DNA of 63,995 bases, filler included, from Acidimicrobiia bacterium (lineage in GTDB: Bacteria > Actinomycetota > Acidimicrobiia > Spongiisociales > JAENVV01): NCBI GenBank assembly GCA_041577335.1. It is 11 parts of 11 records of this genome, joined end to end, with 100 filler letters (N's around TTAATTAATTAA, not from the genome) between each part and the next. Parts side by side here need not be neighbours in the genome. Positions count along the whole stretch, not along the records: positions 1 to 6,900 come from JBFGJH010000098.1; positions 7,001 to 13,805 come from JBFGJH010000099.1; 9 more parts are not named here. One strand, given 5' to 3'. The notes beneath the pieces are model-generated. The model was not told the DNA's origin, searched no databases, and worked only from the letters and a program-made list of their open reading frames with translations. The position numbers and the translations under genes are program-made. Below, in pieces: positions 1-9,680 of this stretch; position 1 is the stretch's first letter, and each line of letters starts with the position of its first letter.

Positions 1-531
1 GACGGGGTCGGCGTCGACAGCCCGCAGCCCCTCGTCACCGAATCCAGGAAAGGCCCGAGTGAGTGCAAGGTGGAGAGCGGTTGCATTGGCCTCAGCTCCA
101 CCGCTGGTGAACGAGCCCGCCAGGTCACCATCGAGGCCGATCCTCTTACCGAGATATCGGATTAGCCACGCCTCGATCTCCGCTGCCCCAGGAGCATGGC
201 TCCAGGCCGCCAGCTGCGGATTGAACGCAGCCGTCAGCATGTCACCGATGATCCCCATGAAACTCGGGGTCGGATTGAACAAGCCGAAGTACATCGGGCT
301 GGTCGTATGGACCGTCGCCTCAGTCAACAGGTCAACGCACCAGGCGATCGCCTCATCCGGCGTCCACGGCTTGTCCGGATCAATCTGAGAAAGGCGCGAC
401 CGCACATCCTCCGCTGTCACGGACGGCGCCACCGGAACGGTGCCCACAGTCGCGGCGTGCGACACCACGAACTCGGACACCTTGCTGAGAATCCACCTCT
501 GCTCGCCAATGGACGGCTCTAGCCACGTCAA
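1..531 (-). CDS. PLP-dependent (group II) amino-acid decarboxylase, N-terminal part, truncated at window start
   Basis: Not in the ORF track. Manual translation from TTG at 531 gives HTTSPMYFGLFNPTPSF...LTAAFNPQLAAWSHAPGAAEIE...GSFTSGGAEANATALHLAL, typical of pyridoxal-dependent decarboxylases. Confidence 0.85.
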   Translation of the reverse strand, partial: MTWLEPSIGEQRWILSKVSEFVVSHAATVGTVPVAPSVTAEDVRSRLSQIDPDKPWTPDEAIAWCVDLLTEATVHTTSPMYFGLFNPTPSFMGIIGDMLTAAFNPQLAAWSHAPGAAEIEAWLIRYLGKRIGLDGDLAGSFTSGGAEANATALHLALTRAFPGFGDEGLRAVDADPV

Positions 532-1017
532 CGTCCAACCTCAATCGATAGACACCAAACCCGATCCTACGAGGGAGACCCGCCACACAGTTCACCCGAT
601 ATGGAAGCCATGACGCTCAAATGCCTCACGTCCGCGCTTGGTCGGGAGCAGACGTGGTCCGCTACCGAATACCAGTCATGAGGTGTGTCGATCAGTGCGG
701 GCCCAGGCATAGGCGCAGGATGACGTCCACCACCTGATCCGACGTCACCGCTACAAAGGCCTTCCCGGTCGAGTGGAGCTAGGAGGCGGGAGCGGCGAGA
801 TCAACGGGGTGGGACCAGCCATCGCCGGCACCGCCGCGGACTGGAGAGCGAACGGGTGGCGCTCCCGCCGTACTGGTAGGGTTGCCCATTCGTCGACTGC
901 TCGAGGTGAGCCGGTGGCCGGCCAAACCCACGTGCTGAGGGAACCAGACGCCAGGCCGGCCGGCGGGCGCCGGGACCGTCGCGTAGCGTCGGTAGCCGAT
1001 CGGGGGGCCTAGGCCCA

Positions 1018-2286
1018 ATGTCGATGGATCCGTACGGACCGTTCGGCGACGCCCGGTGGTGGTCTCGGCTGGCCATCGGGGCCGGGTTGGGTGCGATCGG
1101 GGCGGTGGCGGCCCTGGTGTTCGTCGGTGTCGTCTCCGCCGGTCAGAGCATCCTGTGGCCCGACGACGTCGGCCTCGACTGGTTTTCGGGCTCATGGCGT
1201 ATCGCCGCGATCATGACAGCCGGTGGTTTGGTCGTCGGCTTGATCCACGTTGTCGACAAGCAAGCGCGCGAGGTGAACGTCTTTGCGGCGCTGGCCGGCG
1301 GAACCATCGAGCGGCGGGCGGTGCCCGGCGCCGTCGCCATCGCCGCCGTGTCGCTGATCGGCGGGTTCAGCCTCGGTCCGGAGGTCCCTACGGGCATGGC
1401 CGGCGGAGGCATCGCCTCGTGGCTGCGCCGCAACGCCGACGAGGAGGACACCCGAGCCGGGGTAACGGCGGGCATCACCGGTGCCTGGGGCGGGCTGTTC
1501 ACGGCGCCGTTCACCGCGGTCCTGCTCAATGTGGAATTGAGTTTCGGGGCGAGGGCGCTGCTGTGGTCCCGCCTCGCCATCGACGCAGCGGCTGCGGTGG
1601 TGGGCTTCCTGATCTTCTTCGCGGTGACCGCCGGATGGTCCGACGTCTTGCGGCTGCTGGAGCTCCCCTCGTATTCGATGGAACTCGGCCACCTCTTGGT
1701 GGCGGTCGGGTTGGGCGTGCTGGGCGCGGTGGTCGGCATCGTCTTCAAGCTGAGCATGCTGGCCTTCTCCCGTCTCGCCGCTCGGATCAAGGACCGCCCG
1801 GTGCTGCGACCGACCGTTGCGGGCCTGGTGCTTGGCCTGCTCGGCATGGCGCTCCCGCTGACGCTGTTCCTGGGCACGGACGGGCTGGCTGACGTGACCG
1901 AGGACCCGGCTGCCATCGGCGTCGGGCTGCTGGTGGCCAGTGCTCTGGCGAAGATCATGGCGACCTCGGGTGCCTTGTCGTTCGGGTTCGTCGGCGGGCC
2001 GGTGTTCCCCCTGCTCTTCGTGGGCGGCAGCGTGGGGACGATCGTCAACCTGGTAGCGCCGGGCGTCCCACTCGCATTGGCGGTGACCGCGTCGATGGCC
2101 GCGGTGCCCTCGGCGGTGATCCCGGCGCCACTGAGCGTCGCCTCGCTCACTTTTCTGATCGCCGGCATCTCGGTCACCGAGATCGGCCCTGTCTTGGTCG
2201 CTGCGATGGTGGCGCTCATGGTCGGCCGGTCTGTGGAGATCATGGTTCGCGGGCGCATCGACCCGGCTACTCAGTCCGCGCAGTGA
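1018..2286 (+). CDS. ClC-family chloride channel/transporter-like membrane protein
   Basis: 422 aa, many TM helices, GGFSLGPEVP (GxExP), GGLFTAPFTA and GFVGGPVFP motifs. Confidence 0.8.
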   Translation: MSMDPYGPFGDARWWSRLAIGAGLGAIGAVAALVFVGVVSAGQSILWPDDVGLDWFSGSWRIAAIMTAGGLVVGLIHVVDKQAREVNVFAALAGGTIERRAVPGAVAIAAVSLIGGFSLGPEVPTGMAGGGIASWLRRNADEEDTRAGVTAGITGAWGGLFTAPFTAVLLNVELSFGARALLWSRLAIDAAAAVVGFLIFFAVTAGWSDVLRLLELPSYSMELGHLLVAVGLGVLGAVVGIVFKLSMLAFSRLAARIKDRPVLRPTVAGLVLGLLGMALPLTLFLGTDGLADVTEDPAAIGVGLLVASALAKIMATSGALSFGFVGGPVFPLLFVGGSVGTIVNLVAPGVPLALAVTASMAAVPSAVIPAPLSVASLTFLIAGISVTEIGPVLVAAMVALMVGRSVEIMVRGRIDPATQSAQ

Positions 2287-2390
2287 ACCCCACACCGAGC
2301 ACCTCAAGGAGCCTCGTGGAAGCCCCGGCGACCGCCCGATGGATGGTAGCGTGCTGCGCCCTCGGAACGGGCCCGTCGAGAGGAGAACGA

Positions 2391-2780
2391 GTGTGGCGTA
2401 CAGCGCTACTGATCGCAGGACTTGTCATCCTGGCAGGTCTTGCTGCCTGTGGAGCCGACAGTGAGGCGGCCCCTGCCGAGCTAGGAGAGGGTCCTGCCTT
2501 CGTCGAGGACGTCGCCGTCGAGGACCGCGATGGCGAGTACTGGGCCAAGGTGACGGGCTTCTATCCCGATGCGTGCTCGACCTACGGCGGAAGCGACCAG
2601 CAGGTGAATGGCAACACCATCGCCCTGACCGTTACCTCCACCCGGCCTGAGGACGCCGTCTGTGCCCAGGCGTTGACGGACATGACTGAGGAGATCCTGC
2701 TCGACACGGACGGGCTGGCTCCCGGGAGATATGAAGTGGTCGTCAATGAGGGCCGCTCCACGTTCTTCACGATCGGCTAG
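2391..2780 (+). CDS. Lipoprotein of unknown function
   Basis: AGGAG RBS before GTG 2391; lipobox LAAC; Cys pair PDAC...VCAQAL. Confidence 0.65.
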   Translation: MWRTALLIAGLVILAGLAACGADSEAAPAELGEGPAFVEDVAVEDRDGEYWAKVTGFYPDACSTYGGSDQQVNGNTIALTVTSTRPEDAVCAQALTDMTEEILLDTDGLAPGRYEVVVNEGRSTFFTIG

Positions 2781-3005
2781 CCGCTGGTTGCAGCCGCGCC
2801 GGCAAACCGCCCGCGGCGTAGGTGCGCCGGCCTGAGTAGCCTCGTGAGCCGACCCGCGCACAAGTACGTGATCGACTCGGCTGCGTTCGCTGAGGCGCCT
2901 CGAATCTCCCAGAGACGCACTCGACGTCGATTGTGACCCAAGGCTCTACCGCTTCACGGGGGTGGCGTGTACTCTCGGGTCGAGGCTGCAGTGGAAGGAG
3001 TGGCA

Positions 3006-3215
3006 ATGCGACTCGCATGCGAATCGGTCGTTCCCGGGCTCGAGTGCACCTACGTGGCAACAGGTGAGACAGCCGAGGAAGTTCACACGGCCATGATGTC
3101 CCACGGGGCACAGCGCCACTCAAACCTGATGGATGGGATGTCGGAGGAAGAGCGGCAGACGATGGGCGCCGACATGTCTGGCCTCATCTACGAGCTCATC
3201 GCCGAAAACAACTGA
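3006..3215 (+). CDS. DUF1059-like small protein
   Basis: AAGGAG RBS; MRLACESVVPGLECTYVATGETAEEV...H...H pattern. Confidence 0.75.
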   Translation: MRLACESVVPGLECTYVATGETAEEVHTAMMSHGAQRHSNLMDGMSEEERQTMGADMSGLIYELIAENN

Positions 3216-3229
3216 CGAGCCGCCCCGAC

Positions 3230-3886
3230 TCAGCGCCGAACCATCCAAAACGACAGGCCTTGGATTCCGTCGTCTTTGGCGCCCGAACCGATGAATGTCT
3301 CTTCCGTGCGCTCAATGGTGAAGGCTGAGCCAAATGCTGCCTCGACCTGTTGGCTCCTCGCCCTTGGAGATGCATCCCGCACCTGGCACATCAGCAGGAA
3401 CGGTGCGCCAGGCTCACACATGGCTGCGACGTTTTTGACGTAGGAAGCGTGCTGGCCTTTGTGAAGGCCGTGGAAACAACCCCGGTCGATGAGCGCATCG
3501 AACGTGCCGAGATGAGAAGTGTCGCCACAGATGTCGACAACCTCGAATCGAACGTCCGCCGCACCCTCTGCGCCCGAGTACTCCACTCGAGCCCGTTCGA
3601 TGGCTGAGCTGGCGAAGTCGACGCCCGTGGACGGATAGCCCAGATCAGCAAGCCGTGACGTCAATTCGCCCGTCCCGCACCCAATATCGAGCAGCGAAGA
3701 CCCAGGTGGCAGCCAACCCGACTCCACGGCCTCCTCGATCTCCCAGGGCAGCTGATCCATATGCCACGGGGGAAGGTATCCCTCTGTGGCCCATTTCTGT
3801 TCCCAGACCTCGCGCCGGCCCCGTCTCAGACGACGGCGCGCTCGCAACTTCCTGGCTAGTCGGCTCTTCAGCCCCACCTTGTTCAT
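3230..3886 (-). CDS. Class I SAM-dependent methyltransferase (TPMT-like), copy 1
   Basis: LLDIGCGTG motif I, GVDFASSAI, DRGCFHGL; Arg-rich N-terminus. Confidence 0.9.
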   Translation of the reverse strand: MNKVGLKSRLARKLRARRRLRRGRREVWEQKWATEGYLPPWHMDQLPWEIEEAVESGWLPPGSSLLDIGCGTGELTSRLADLGYPSTGVDFASSAIERARVEYSGAEGAADVRFEVVDICGDTSHLGTFDALIDRGCFHGLHKGQHASYVKNVAAMCEPGAPFLLMCQVRDASPRARSQQVEAAFGSAFTIERTEETFIGSGAKDDGIQGLSFWMVRR

Positions 3887-4017
3887 AGGCCGCCCCCGAC
3901 TCTGTTCTTCACCACACCACGAACCCCCTGAATTACTCCTCGCCACATTATGTAGCGGGAGCCTTCGCCGTCTATAGCCACGGTCGGAAGCTGCCTGCCC
4001 GTCAGCTCACAGCTGGG

Positions 4018-4104
4018 CTATCCAGAGGGCCACCGCCTGGGCCGGCCCCGTCTCAGACGACGCCGCGCTCGTAGCTTTCCGGCAATCGTGTTCTTGAGGC
4101 CCAT
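4018..4104 (-). pseudogene. Remnant of a methyltransferase 5' end
   Basis: Translates MGLKNTIAGKLRARRRLRRGRPRRWPSG*, matching GLKSRLARKLRARRRLRRGR of the 3230-3886 gene; DNA gccggccccgtctcagacgac is shared. Confidence 0.75.
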
Positions 4105-4217
4105 CTCGGTAAAAGACGGCCCCCCGCTCCGTCTGCGAGCATCCGGTACTCCCTGCACTGCGTCCTTTCAACCTCATCCGGCGTCGTCCGGTGCCGATGT
4201 CTCGGCGCCGCTCGGCT

Positions 4218-4895
4218 TCACACGCGGACCATCCAAACGGTCACCGCCCGGATCGACTGTCCGGATCCGCCGGAGCCGATCGAGGTCAGCTCGGTTCGTT
4301 CGATCGCGAAGTGGTCGCCGAGGGCCTCGCCAATCGTCTCGACCCGCTGTTCCGCGGGGGTGTCACGAATGGGACACATCATCAGAAAGGGCGTGCCTGG
4401 TTCGCACAACGAGGCGACGTTGTCGGCGTAGGCCGCATGCTGAGCCTCGTCGAGCCCGTAGAAACAGCCACGGTCTATGAGTGCATCGAAGGTGCCGAGA
4501 CCCTCAACGTCTTCGCAGATATCGGCAACCTCATAGGTGAGATTGATGTCCGGGCTGTCGACCGCATGCTGCGCGCGGGCCTGTGCGATGGCCGATGAGG
4601 CGAAGTCGAGGCCGACAGCATCGAAGCCTCGCTCGGCTAGCAGCGCGGCGAGCTCCCCTGAGCCGCACCCGATGTCGACGATGGTGGCCTCGGCCGGCAG
4701 CCAGCCCGTCTCGATCGCTTCCTCGACCTCGGCGGGCAGGCTTTCGGTTTGCCAGAGGGGCGATGAGCCCTCGGTCATCCATCGGTGCCACTTCTGCTCC
4801 CACACCGACTGTCGGTCATAACGGCGCCGGAAATTGCCTCGGAGTATCCGCTTGACCGTGCGCCTCCCACCTCGTGCGGGTCGGCTGTCCTTCAC
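4218..4895 (-). CDS. Class I SAM-dependent methyltransferase (TPMT-like), copy 2
   Basis: IVDIGCGSG, GLDFASSAI, DRGCFYGL; clear paralog of 3230-3886; start codon uncertain. Confidence 0.9.
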   Translation of the reverse strand: MKDSRPARGGRRTVKRILRGNFRRRYDRQSVWEQKWHRWMTEGSSPLWQTESLPAEVEEAIETGWLPAEATIVDIGCGSGELAALLAERGFDAVGLDFASSAIAQARAQHAVDSPDINLTYEVADICEDVEGLGTFDALIDRGCFYGLDEAQHAAYADNVASLCEPGTPFLMMCPIRDTPAEQRVETIGEALGDHFAIERTELTSIGSGGSGQSIRAVTVWMVRV

Positions 4896-4982
4896 GCTGT
4901 TCGCTCCCCGCCGTCGCCGGGAGTCTGGGAGGGGGCGACGGCTCCCGTTCACCCTACATGAACGCCACCGAGGGCGGGACCA

Positions 4983-6644
4983 TCAGCAGCCGGTGGCGAC
5001 GGCGATCCGTCGGTCGACCCCGATTCCCAGCAAAGAGGAGCCGGCCTGGCCGTGGACGGTGACCTCGACGTCGACACTCGAATGCTCTCCAAGCCCGAAA
5101 CGCGCAACGGGTTCGTTGCCGGCGGTGTATCCCTGCGACACGGTGATTTCGGCTGCGCCCAACAGATGGGCCAGGTCGGCGATTCGTCCCTGCTCGAAAA
5201 CCTTCACGCGGGCGCCCACCGGCGCAACGACTTCGAGCCAGTGACCCGAGGCCGACTCGTTCATCATGAGCAGTGACGGCAGGGTCGGTTCCCATTCCAC
5301 GAGCAGCACATCGATACGGCCATCACGGTCGACATCGGCGGTCGGAGCGGTGACCCAATATTGATCACTGCCGAGCCCAGCCGGAGACCGGAATGATGGG
5401 ACCGAACCGCCGCTGTTCATGAATATCGCCGGTTCTGTCCCGTTGCCTGCCGATGCCGAGGTGAGGATGTCCAACCACCCGTCATTGTCCACGTCGACAA
5501 ACTCTACGTGCGGCGCCTTGGTCGGGATCCCCACCAGCCCGGCAGCGCCCGTGATGTCTTCGAACTGACCGTCCCCGGCATTGAGGTACAACCGAACGGG
5601 AACTTCCCGATCACCACTCACGGTGCTGTTGAAGTGATGGCCCACGACCAGGTCGAGCCGCCCGTCACGATTCACGTCACCAAAGGCGGCTCCGGCAACG
5701 TCGTCCTCGGGACCATATGTCTCCCAATCGAACGGGCCGGTTCTCTCGACGAACCTGCCATCGCCGTCCGCGATGAACAAGCGGTTGGAACCACCGACGA
5801 AGAAGTCGGACCACCCGTCGTCGGTGACGTCACCGATGGCCAAACCGAGCCCGTGGATGTCGTCGGGAAGGCCGGCATCCCCAGTGGCGTCGGCGAAGCG
5901 CAGATCGCCTTGATTCCGAAACAACCGGGATGAGCCGCCCACGAAACGGTCTTCGACAACAAAGAGGTCGAGCAGGCCATCGTGATCGAAGTCGAGAACG
6001 CCAACCGACCGCCCGCCGAACTCAACTGGAAGCCCAGCCTGGTCGGCGACCTCCCACCAGCCACCGACGTTCTCATAGACGAGGGTCGGCAAGTCGCTGC
6101 GTTCCCCCTCCTTGTAGTTGCGAGAGGCCACCAAGTCGTCGTCACCGTCGTTGTCGAGATCAGCGAAAACCGCCCCGCTGGTTCTACCGAAATGCTCGGG
6201 GAAGGGGGTGACCGAAAAGCCGCTCTCCGAGCCGAGCAGGACTCGGTCGGGCGCCGGCCCATCAGCCCCACGCACTGCGTAGCGGTCCTCGGGCCGGTTG
6301 GCGAAGGTGCCGACAAACAGGTCAACCACTCCGTCGCCATCGACGTCTCCGAACGCGGCCGCGTGGGCATGCATGCCGGTCAAGGGATCAACCAGCCCCC
6401 AGTCTTCAGTGGCATCGACAAATGAAACCGCCTCACCGGCTGCGGCCCGTGATGCCGTCCAGCACTCCTGGTAGCCGTCACTGTTTGCCACAGTCGAGAT
6501 CGGCGCAGAAGCGTCCGCCGTGACAAGCGTGGTCGGATCAGGAAGCGCATCCCCTGCGGTTGTCGAAACCTCCGTCCCGCCGCCACAAGCTGGTGTCAGC
6601 GCAACAAGCAAGGCAACCGTCGCCTGAAGCCGGGCCGACCTCAT
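4983..6644 (-). CDS. FG-GAP repeat / CRTAC1-ASPIC-UnbV-like lipoprotein
   Basis: Lipobox LTPAC; repeated DxDxDGxxDL motifs; C-terminal SQGY...ARFGLG segment. Confidence 0.85.
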   Translation of the reverse strand: MRSARLQATVALLVALTPACGGGTEVSTTAGDALPDPTTLVTADASAPISTVANSDGYQECWTASRAAAGEAVSFVDATEDWGLVDPLTGMHAHAAAFGDVDGDGVVDLFVGTFANRPEDRYAVRGADGPAPDRVLLGSESGFSVTPFPEHFGRTSGAVFADLDNDGDDDLVASRNYKEGERSDLPTLVYENVGGWWEVADQAGLPVEFGGRSVGVLDFDHDGLLDLFVVEDRFVGGSSRLFRNQGDLRFADATGDAGLPDDIHGLGLAIGDVTDDGWSDFFVGGSNRLFIADGDGRFVERTGPFDWETYGPEDDVAGAAFGDVNRDGRLDLVVGHHFNSTVSGDREVPVRLYLNAGDGQFEDITGAAGLVGIPTKAPHVEFVDVDNDGWLDILTSASAGNGTEPAIFMNSGGSVPSFRSPAGLGSDQYWVTAPTADVDRDGRIDVLLVEWEPTLPSLLMMNESASGHWLEVVAPVGARVKVFEQGRIADLAHLLGAAEITVSQGYTAGNEPVARFGLGEHSSVDVEVTVHGQAGSSLLGIGVDRRIAVATGC

Positions 6645-6900
6645 TGAGAGAACGTGATCTCGAGGAGAACGACTTCACCGAACCCACCGCCATCGTCCGA
6701 GAGCCGGCCGGCGTTCATGCCGACATAGATGGTCCCACCGTCCGGCGTGATGGCCACGGTGTAGGAGCCACCCAGCCGCACTCCCAGCATCTCCTCGGCC
6801 GCGTCGTTCATCTCGACAACGACTCGATCTTCTCCTGTTTCGGTGTCTACGGCGATCAGCGGCGTTCCCTGCATGAAACTGCGGCCATGGGCATCGGGCA
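6641..6900 (-). CDS. Hypothetical protein C-terminus (beta-propeller-like), truncated by contig end
   Basis: Open frame from the contig edge; VAITPDGGTIYV; stop overlaps the next start (ATGA). Confidence 0.6.
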
Positions 6901-7000
6901 NNNNNNNNNNNNNNNNNNNNNNNNNNNNNNNNNNNNNNNNNNNNTTAATTAATTAANNNNNNNNNNNNNNNNNNNNNNNNNNNNNNNNNNNNNNNNNNNN
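6901..7000. other. Artificial contig linker; same linker at 13806, 20330, 26669, 32925, 39122, 45274, 50860, 56436 and 61859
   Basis: N44-TTAATTAATTAA-N44, stop codons in all six frames. Confidence 0.99.
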
Positions 7001-7663
7001 CTCGAGCTCCGGGCCATGAAGTTCGACCTCCAATATGAGCCGGAGTCGCTGCCGATGGTGGTTCGCGACCGGATCGTCGCTGCTCCGTGGTCCGGCGAGG
7101 AAGCACTCGCAGATGCGGTGGCGGTGATCGCAGGCTGGGACGGCGCGATGAATTCTTTCGACCGCGAACCGGCATTGGGCATCGCCACTCTGGCCGAGCT
7201 GCTCGATGCAGATGTGGACCTCGATCCGTCCCAACTCATTGAAGGCACGGTCGGCGATGATGAGCTCGAAGAAGCCTTCCGTGCGGCGGTTGCCGAATTG
7301 GTGGAGCATCACGGGCGCCCGGACCCGGTTTGGGGAGAAGTCAACCGACTTGTACGGGGCGACACCGATCTGCCGTTGGCCGGAGGACCCGACATCATGC
7401 ACGCCGTCTACGGAGAGTGGGGCCAGGGTCGATTCGAAGGAATAGCCGGCGACTCCTACGTGCTGATGGTGACGTGGGACGCCGCGGGGTCGGTGGAGTC
7501 CTTCTCGATTCACCAGTTCGGCTCAGCGACGCTCGACGAGGACTCCCGGCACTATGACGACCAATCTCCCACCTTTGCGGCCCGCCAGCTCAAACCGGTG
7601 TGGTTCGATGAGGTCGACATTCGCCAACATTTGGAGCGGGAATATCAACCCGGCGAGGGGTGA
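7001..7663 (+). CDS. Penicillin acylase / Ntn-hydrolase family, C-terminal part
   Basis: WGEVNRLVRG, GDSYVLMVTW, HQFGSA...SRHYDDQ motifs of the acylase beta subunit end. Confidence 0.85.
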   Translation, partial: LELRAMKFDLQYEPESLPMVVRDRIVAAPWSGEEALADAVAVIAGWDGAMNSFDREPALGIATLAELLDADVDLDPSQLIEGTVGDDELEEAFRAAVAELVEHHGRPDPVWGEVNRLVRGDTDLPLAGGPDIMHAVYGEWGQGRFEGIAGDSYVLMVTWDAAGSVESFSIHQFGSATLDEDSRHYDDQSPTFAARQLKPVWFDEVDIRQHLEREYQPGEG

Positions 7664-7678
7664 CGGAATCACCATCAC

Positions 7679-8542
7679 ATGGCTCCGGTGAGGCTCGGTC
7701 GGCGCATCGCCGCGCCGTCGGTGAAACAGGTGCCCCGCACCATTGCGGCCGCGTTGGATCTGGTGGTCCGCCCTTCGGTCGAGCTGCGACGGGCCTTCGC
7801 ATCGGGGGGTCCCCCAGGCCTGGATGCGGCTTTCGCACGGTGGGGTTCCCGTGTCGTTCGTGACTTGGGCATCGATCTGCGGGTCCAGGGCCTCGAGAAT
7901 ATCGACCCCGCCGGGGCATACGTCGTGGTCGCACTTCACGAGGGGTTCATCGATGTGCCCATCCTGGCTCGGCTTCCGATTCGACCGGTGTTCACCGCCC
8001 GGAGTGAGCTGCTCGAGTGGCCGACGCTTGGGAGGTTTCTTCGGGCCACCCAACAGATAGTGGTGTCTGACGAAAGCGGAATCGCTGCGGCGCGTGCTCT
8101 CCTCGAAGATGGATCGAGCCGGCTGCGGCTGGGTCGATCGGTCGTGATCTTCCCGCAAGGGTCGATCCTTGGCATCGAAACGGATTTCCAGAATGGGGCG
8201 CCTGTCCTGGCACGGCGTGCCGGCGTCCGGATTCTGCCGGTGGTGCTGGCCGGCACGCATCGTGTCTGGGAGCACCCCTTCTCACCCACCGTACGCTTCG
8301 GCCAGCCCGTCTTCGTTTCGGTGCTCCCCCCCATCTATCCCGATCAATGGCATGGCCTCCAGGCCCGCATGAAGGAGGCGGCTCTGACCAACACCCACGC
8401 ACCCGTCCGCCGTTTCAATCCTGATCGTGATGGCTGGTGGGATGGCTATCGGTTCAGCATCGACCCGACATTCTCCGAGCTGGCCGGCCGCCATCTGGAT
8501 CGCCTTGATCGAATTCGCCGCAGTGGGCCGGTTGTCACCTGA
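7679..8542 (+). CDS. Lysophospholipid acyltransferase (PlsC-like)
   Basis: HxxxxD (LHEGFID) and VIFPQGS motifs. Confidence 0.85.
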   Translation: MAPVRLGRRIAAPSVKQVPRTIAAALDLVVRPSVELRRAFASGGPPGLDAAFARWGSRVVRDLGIDLRVQGLENIDPAGAYVVVALHEGFIDVPILARLPIRPVFTARSELLEWPTLGRFLRATQQIVVSDESGIAAARALLEDGSSRLRLGRSVVIFPQGSILGIETDFQNGAPVLARRAGVRILPVVLAGTHRVWEHPFSPTVRFGQPVFVSVLPPIYPDQWHGLQARMKEAALTNTHAPVRRFNPDRDGWWDGYRFSIDPTFSELAGRHLDRLDRIRRSGPVVT

Positions 8543-8565
8543 CGCCTGCCTGGTGAACCTCTGCG

Positions 8566-9129
8566 TCACACCCGCTTTCGCGCGTCTGCCGCTTGTCGGT
8601 ACCAGCCGGAGAGCGAATCGACTGTCTCGTGGGCATTCAGGCCGCTCGGGTTGGGCACCACCCACAAGAGGGCATCTCCGATGCCTTGAGGCTGGGCTCC
8701 CATCGTGGCCTTGGGGCGGCGAAACCCGGTCCGATACGCTGTGATCCCCGCAATGGCCACCACCTGCGGCCGCCACCGCTCGACCCGCTCGACAAGCGCC
8801 TCGGCGCCCGCTCGGAGCTCGTCGGGCGTCAATTCCGACGCCTTGGCCGTGGCCCTGGGAACGATGTTGCTGATGCCGAGGCCGGCGCTGGTGAACCGGA
8901 TCCGATCAGCGTCGGTCATTCCGTCACTCGGTGAGATGTCCCAGTCGATGATGCCGGCTCTGCGAAGAGCTGGATAGAAACGGTTGCCCGGATAGGCGAA
9001 GTGAGTCTGGGTCGCAGCTGTCCACAAGCCGGGATTGATGCCGACAAAGAGCAGCTCCACCTCGTCTGTGACGAGGTCGGGAACGGTGGCGTTGCGGAAC
9101 TGTTCCAGGTCCGCCCGGGTGAATCCCAT
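8566..9129 (-). CDS. mug: G/U mismatch-specific DNA glycosylase
   Basis: LFVGINPG, HFAYPGNRFY and PNPSGLNAH motifs. Confidence 0.9.
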   Translation of the reverse strand: MGFTRADLEQFRNATVPDLVTDEVELLFVGINPGLWTAATQTHFAYPGNRFYPALRRAGIIDWDISPSDGMTDADRIRFTSAGLGISNIVPRATAKASELTPDELRAGAEALVERVERWRPQVVAIAGITAYRTGFRRPKATMGAQPQGIGDALLWVVPNPSGLNAHETVDSLSGWYRQAADARKRV

Positions 9130-9206
9130 CTCGGGCACAGTAGTGGGAGGGGATCGGACCGGGACGCGCCAGGGATCGTTATCCTCTGCCCGTCTCTGGA
9201 GGTCGC

Positions 9207-9680
9207 ATGTCTCTACCCATCTCAAGAGCTCTGCTGGTCACGGTCTTGCTCGGCGTCTTTCTGGCAGCCTGTTCCGGCACGGCTTCAGAGACGACTGTTC
9301 CCGAGACGACGACGTCGCCGACGACCGAAGCACCCGTGACCGTCCCCGAGACGACAGAGGCTCCGACGACGGTGGCGACGACCGTTCCGGCGACCGCCGC
9401 GCCATCGACGACCGAGCCTCCGCCCGCTGTCGTTGAGATCGTTGTAGCCGACGGAGTGATCGACGGCCCCGGCCAGATCGAGGCTGCCCTCGGTGATCAG
9501 ATCGAATTCGTCGTGATCAGCGACGTCGCCGATGAGGTGCACGTTCACGGGTATGACATCTTCTCTGACGTGGAACCGGGTGCGCCGGCCGCCTTCTCAT
9601 TCGTGGCAAACATTCCCGGCATCTTCGAGGTTGAACTGGAAGTCGCGCGGGAGCTGCTGGTGGAGCTCGTAGTCCAGTGA
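9207..9680 (+). CDS. Lipoprotein with Thr/Pro/Glu linker and cupredoxin-like domain
   Basis: LAAC lipobox; low-complexity linker; DEVHVHGYD...PGIFEVE. Confidence 0.7.
   Translation: MSLPISRALLVTVLLGVFLAACSGTASETTVPETTTSPTTEAPVTVPETTEAPTTVATTVPATAAPSTTEPPPAVVEIVVADGVIDGPGQIEAALGDQIEFVVISDVADEVHVHGYDIFSDVEPGAPAAFSFVANIPGIFEVELEVARELLVELVVQ

Noticed and set aside
532..1017. Fluoride riboswitch upstream of the ClC gene
   Set aside because: No GGCGATGG...CGCC...GCTGATGAC pattern is visible, and the protein lacks the GREGT-type signature of fluoride ClCs
6901..7000. Recurrent TTAATTAATTAA element flanked by N runs
   Set aside because: Artificial scaffolding linker; ORFs ending in X-runs or LIN are artefacts of it
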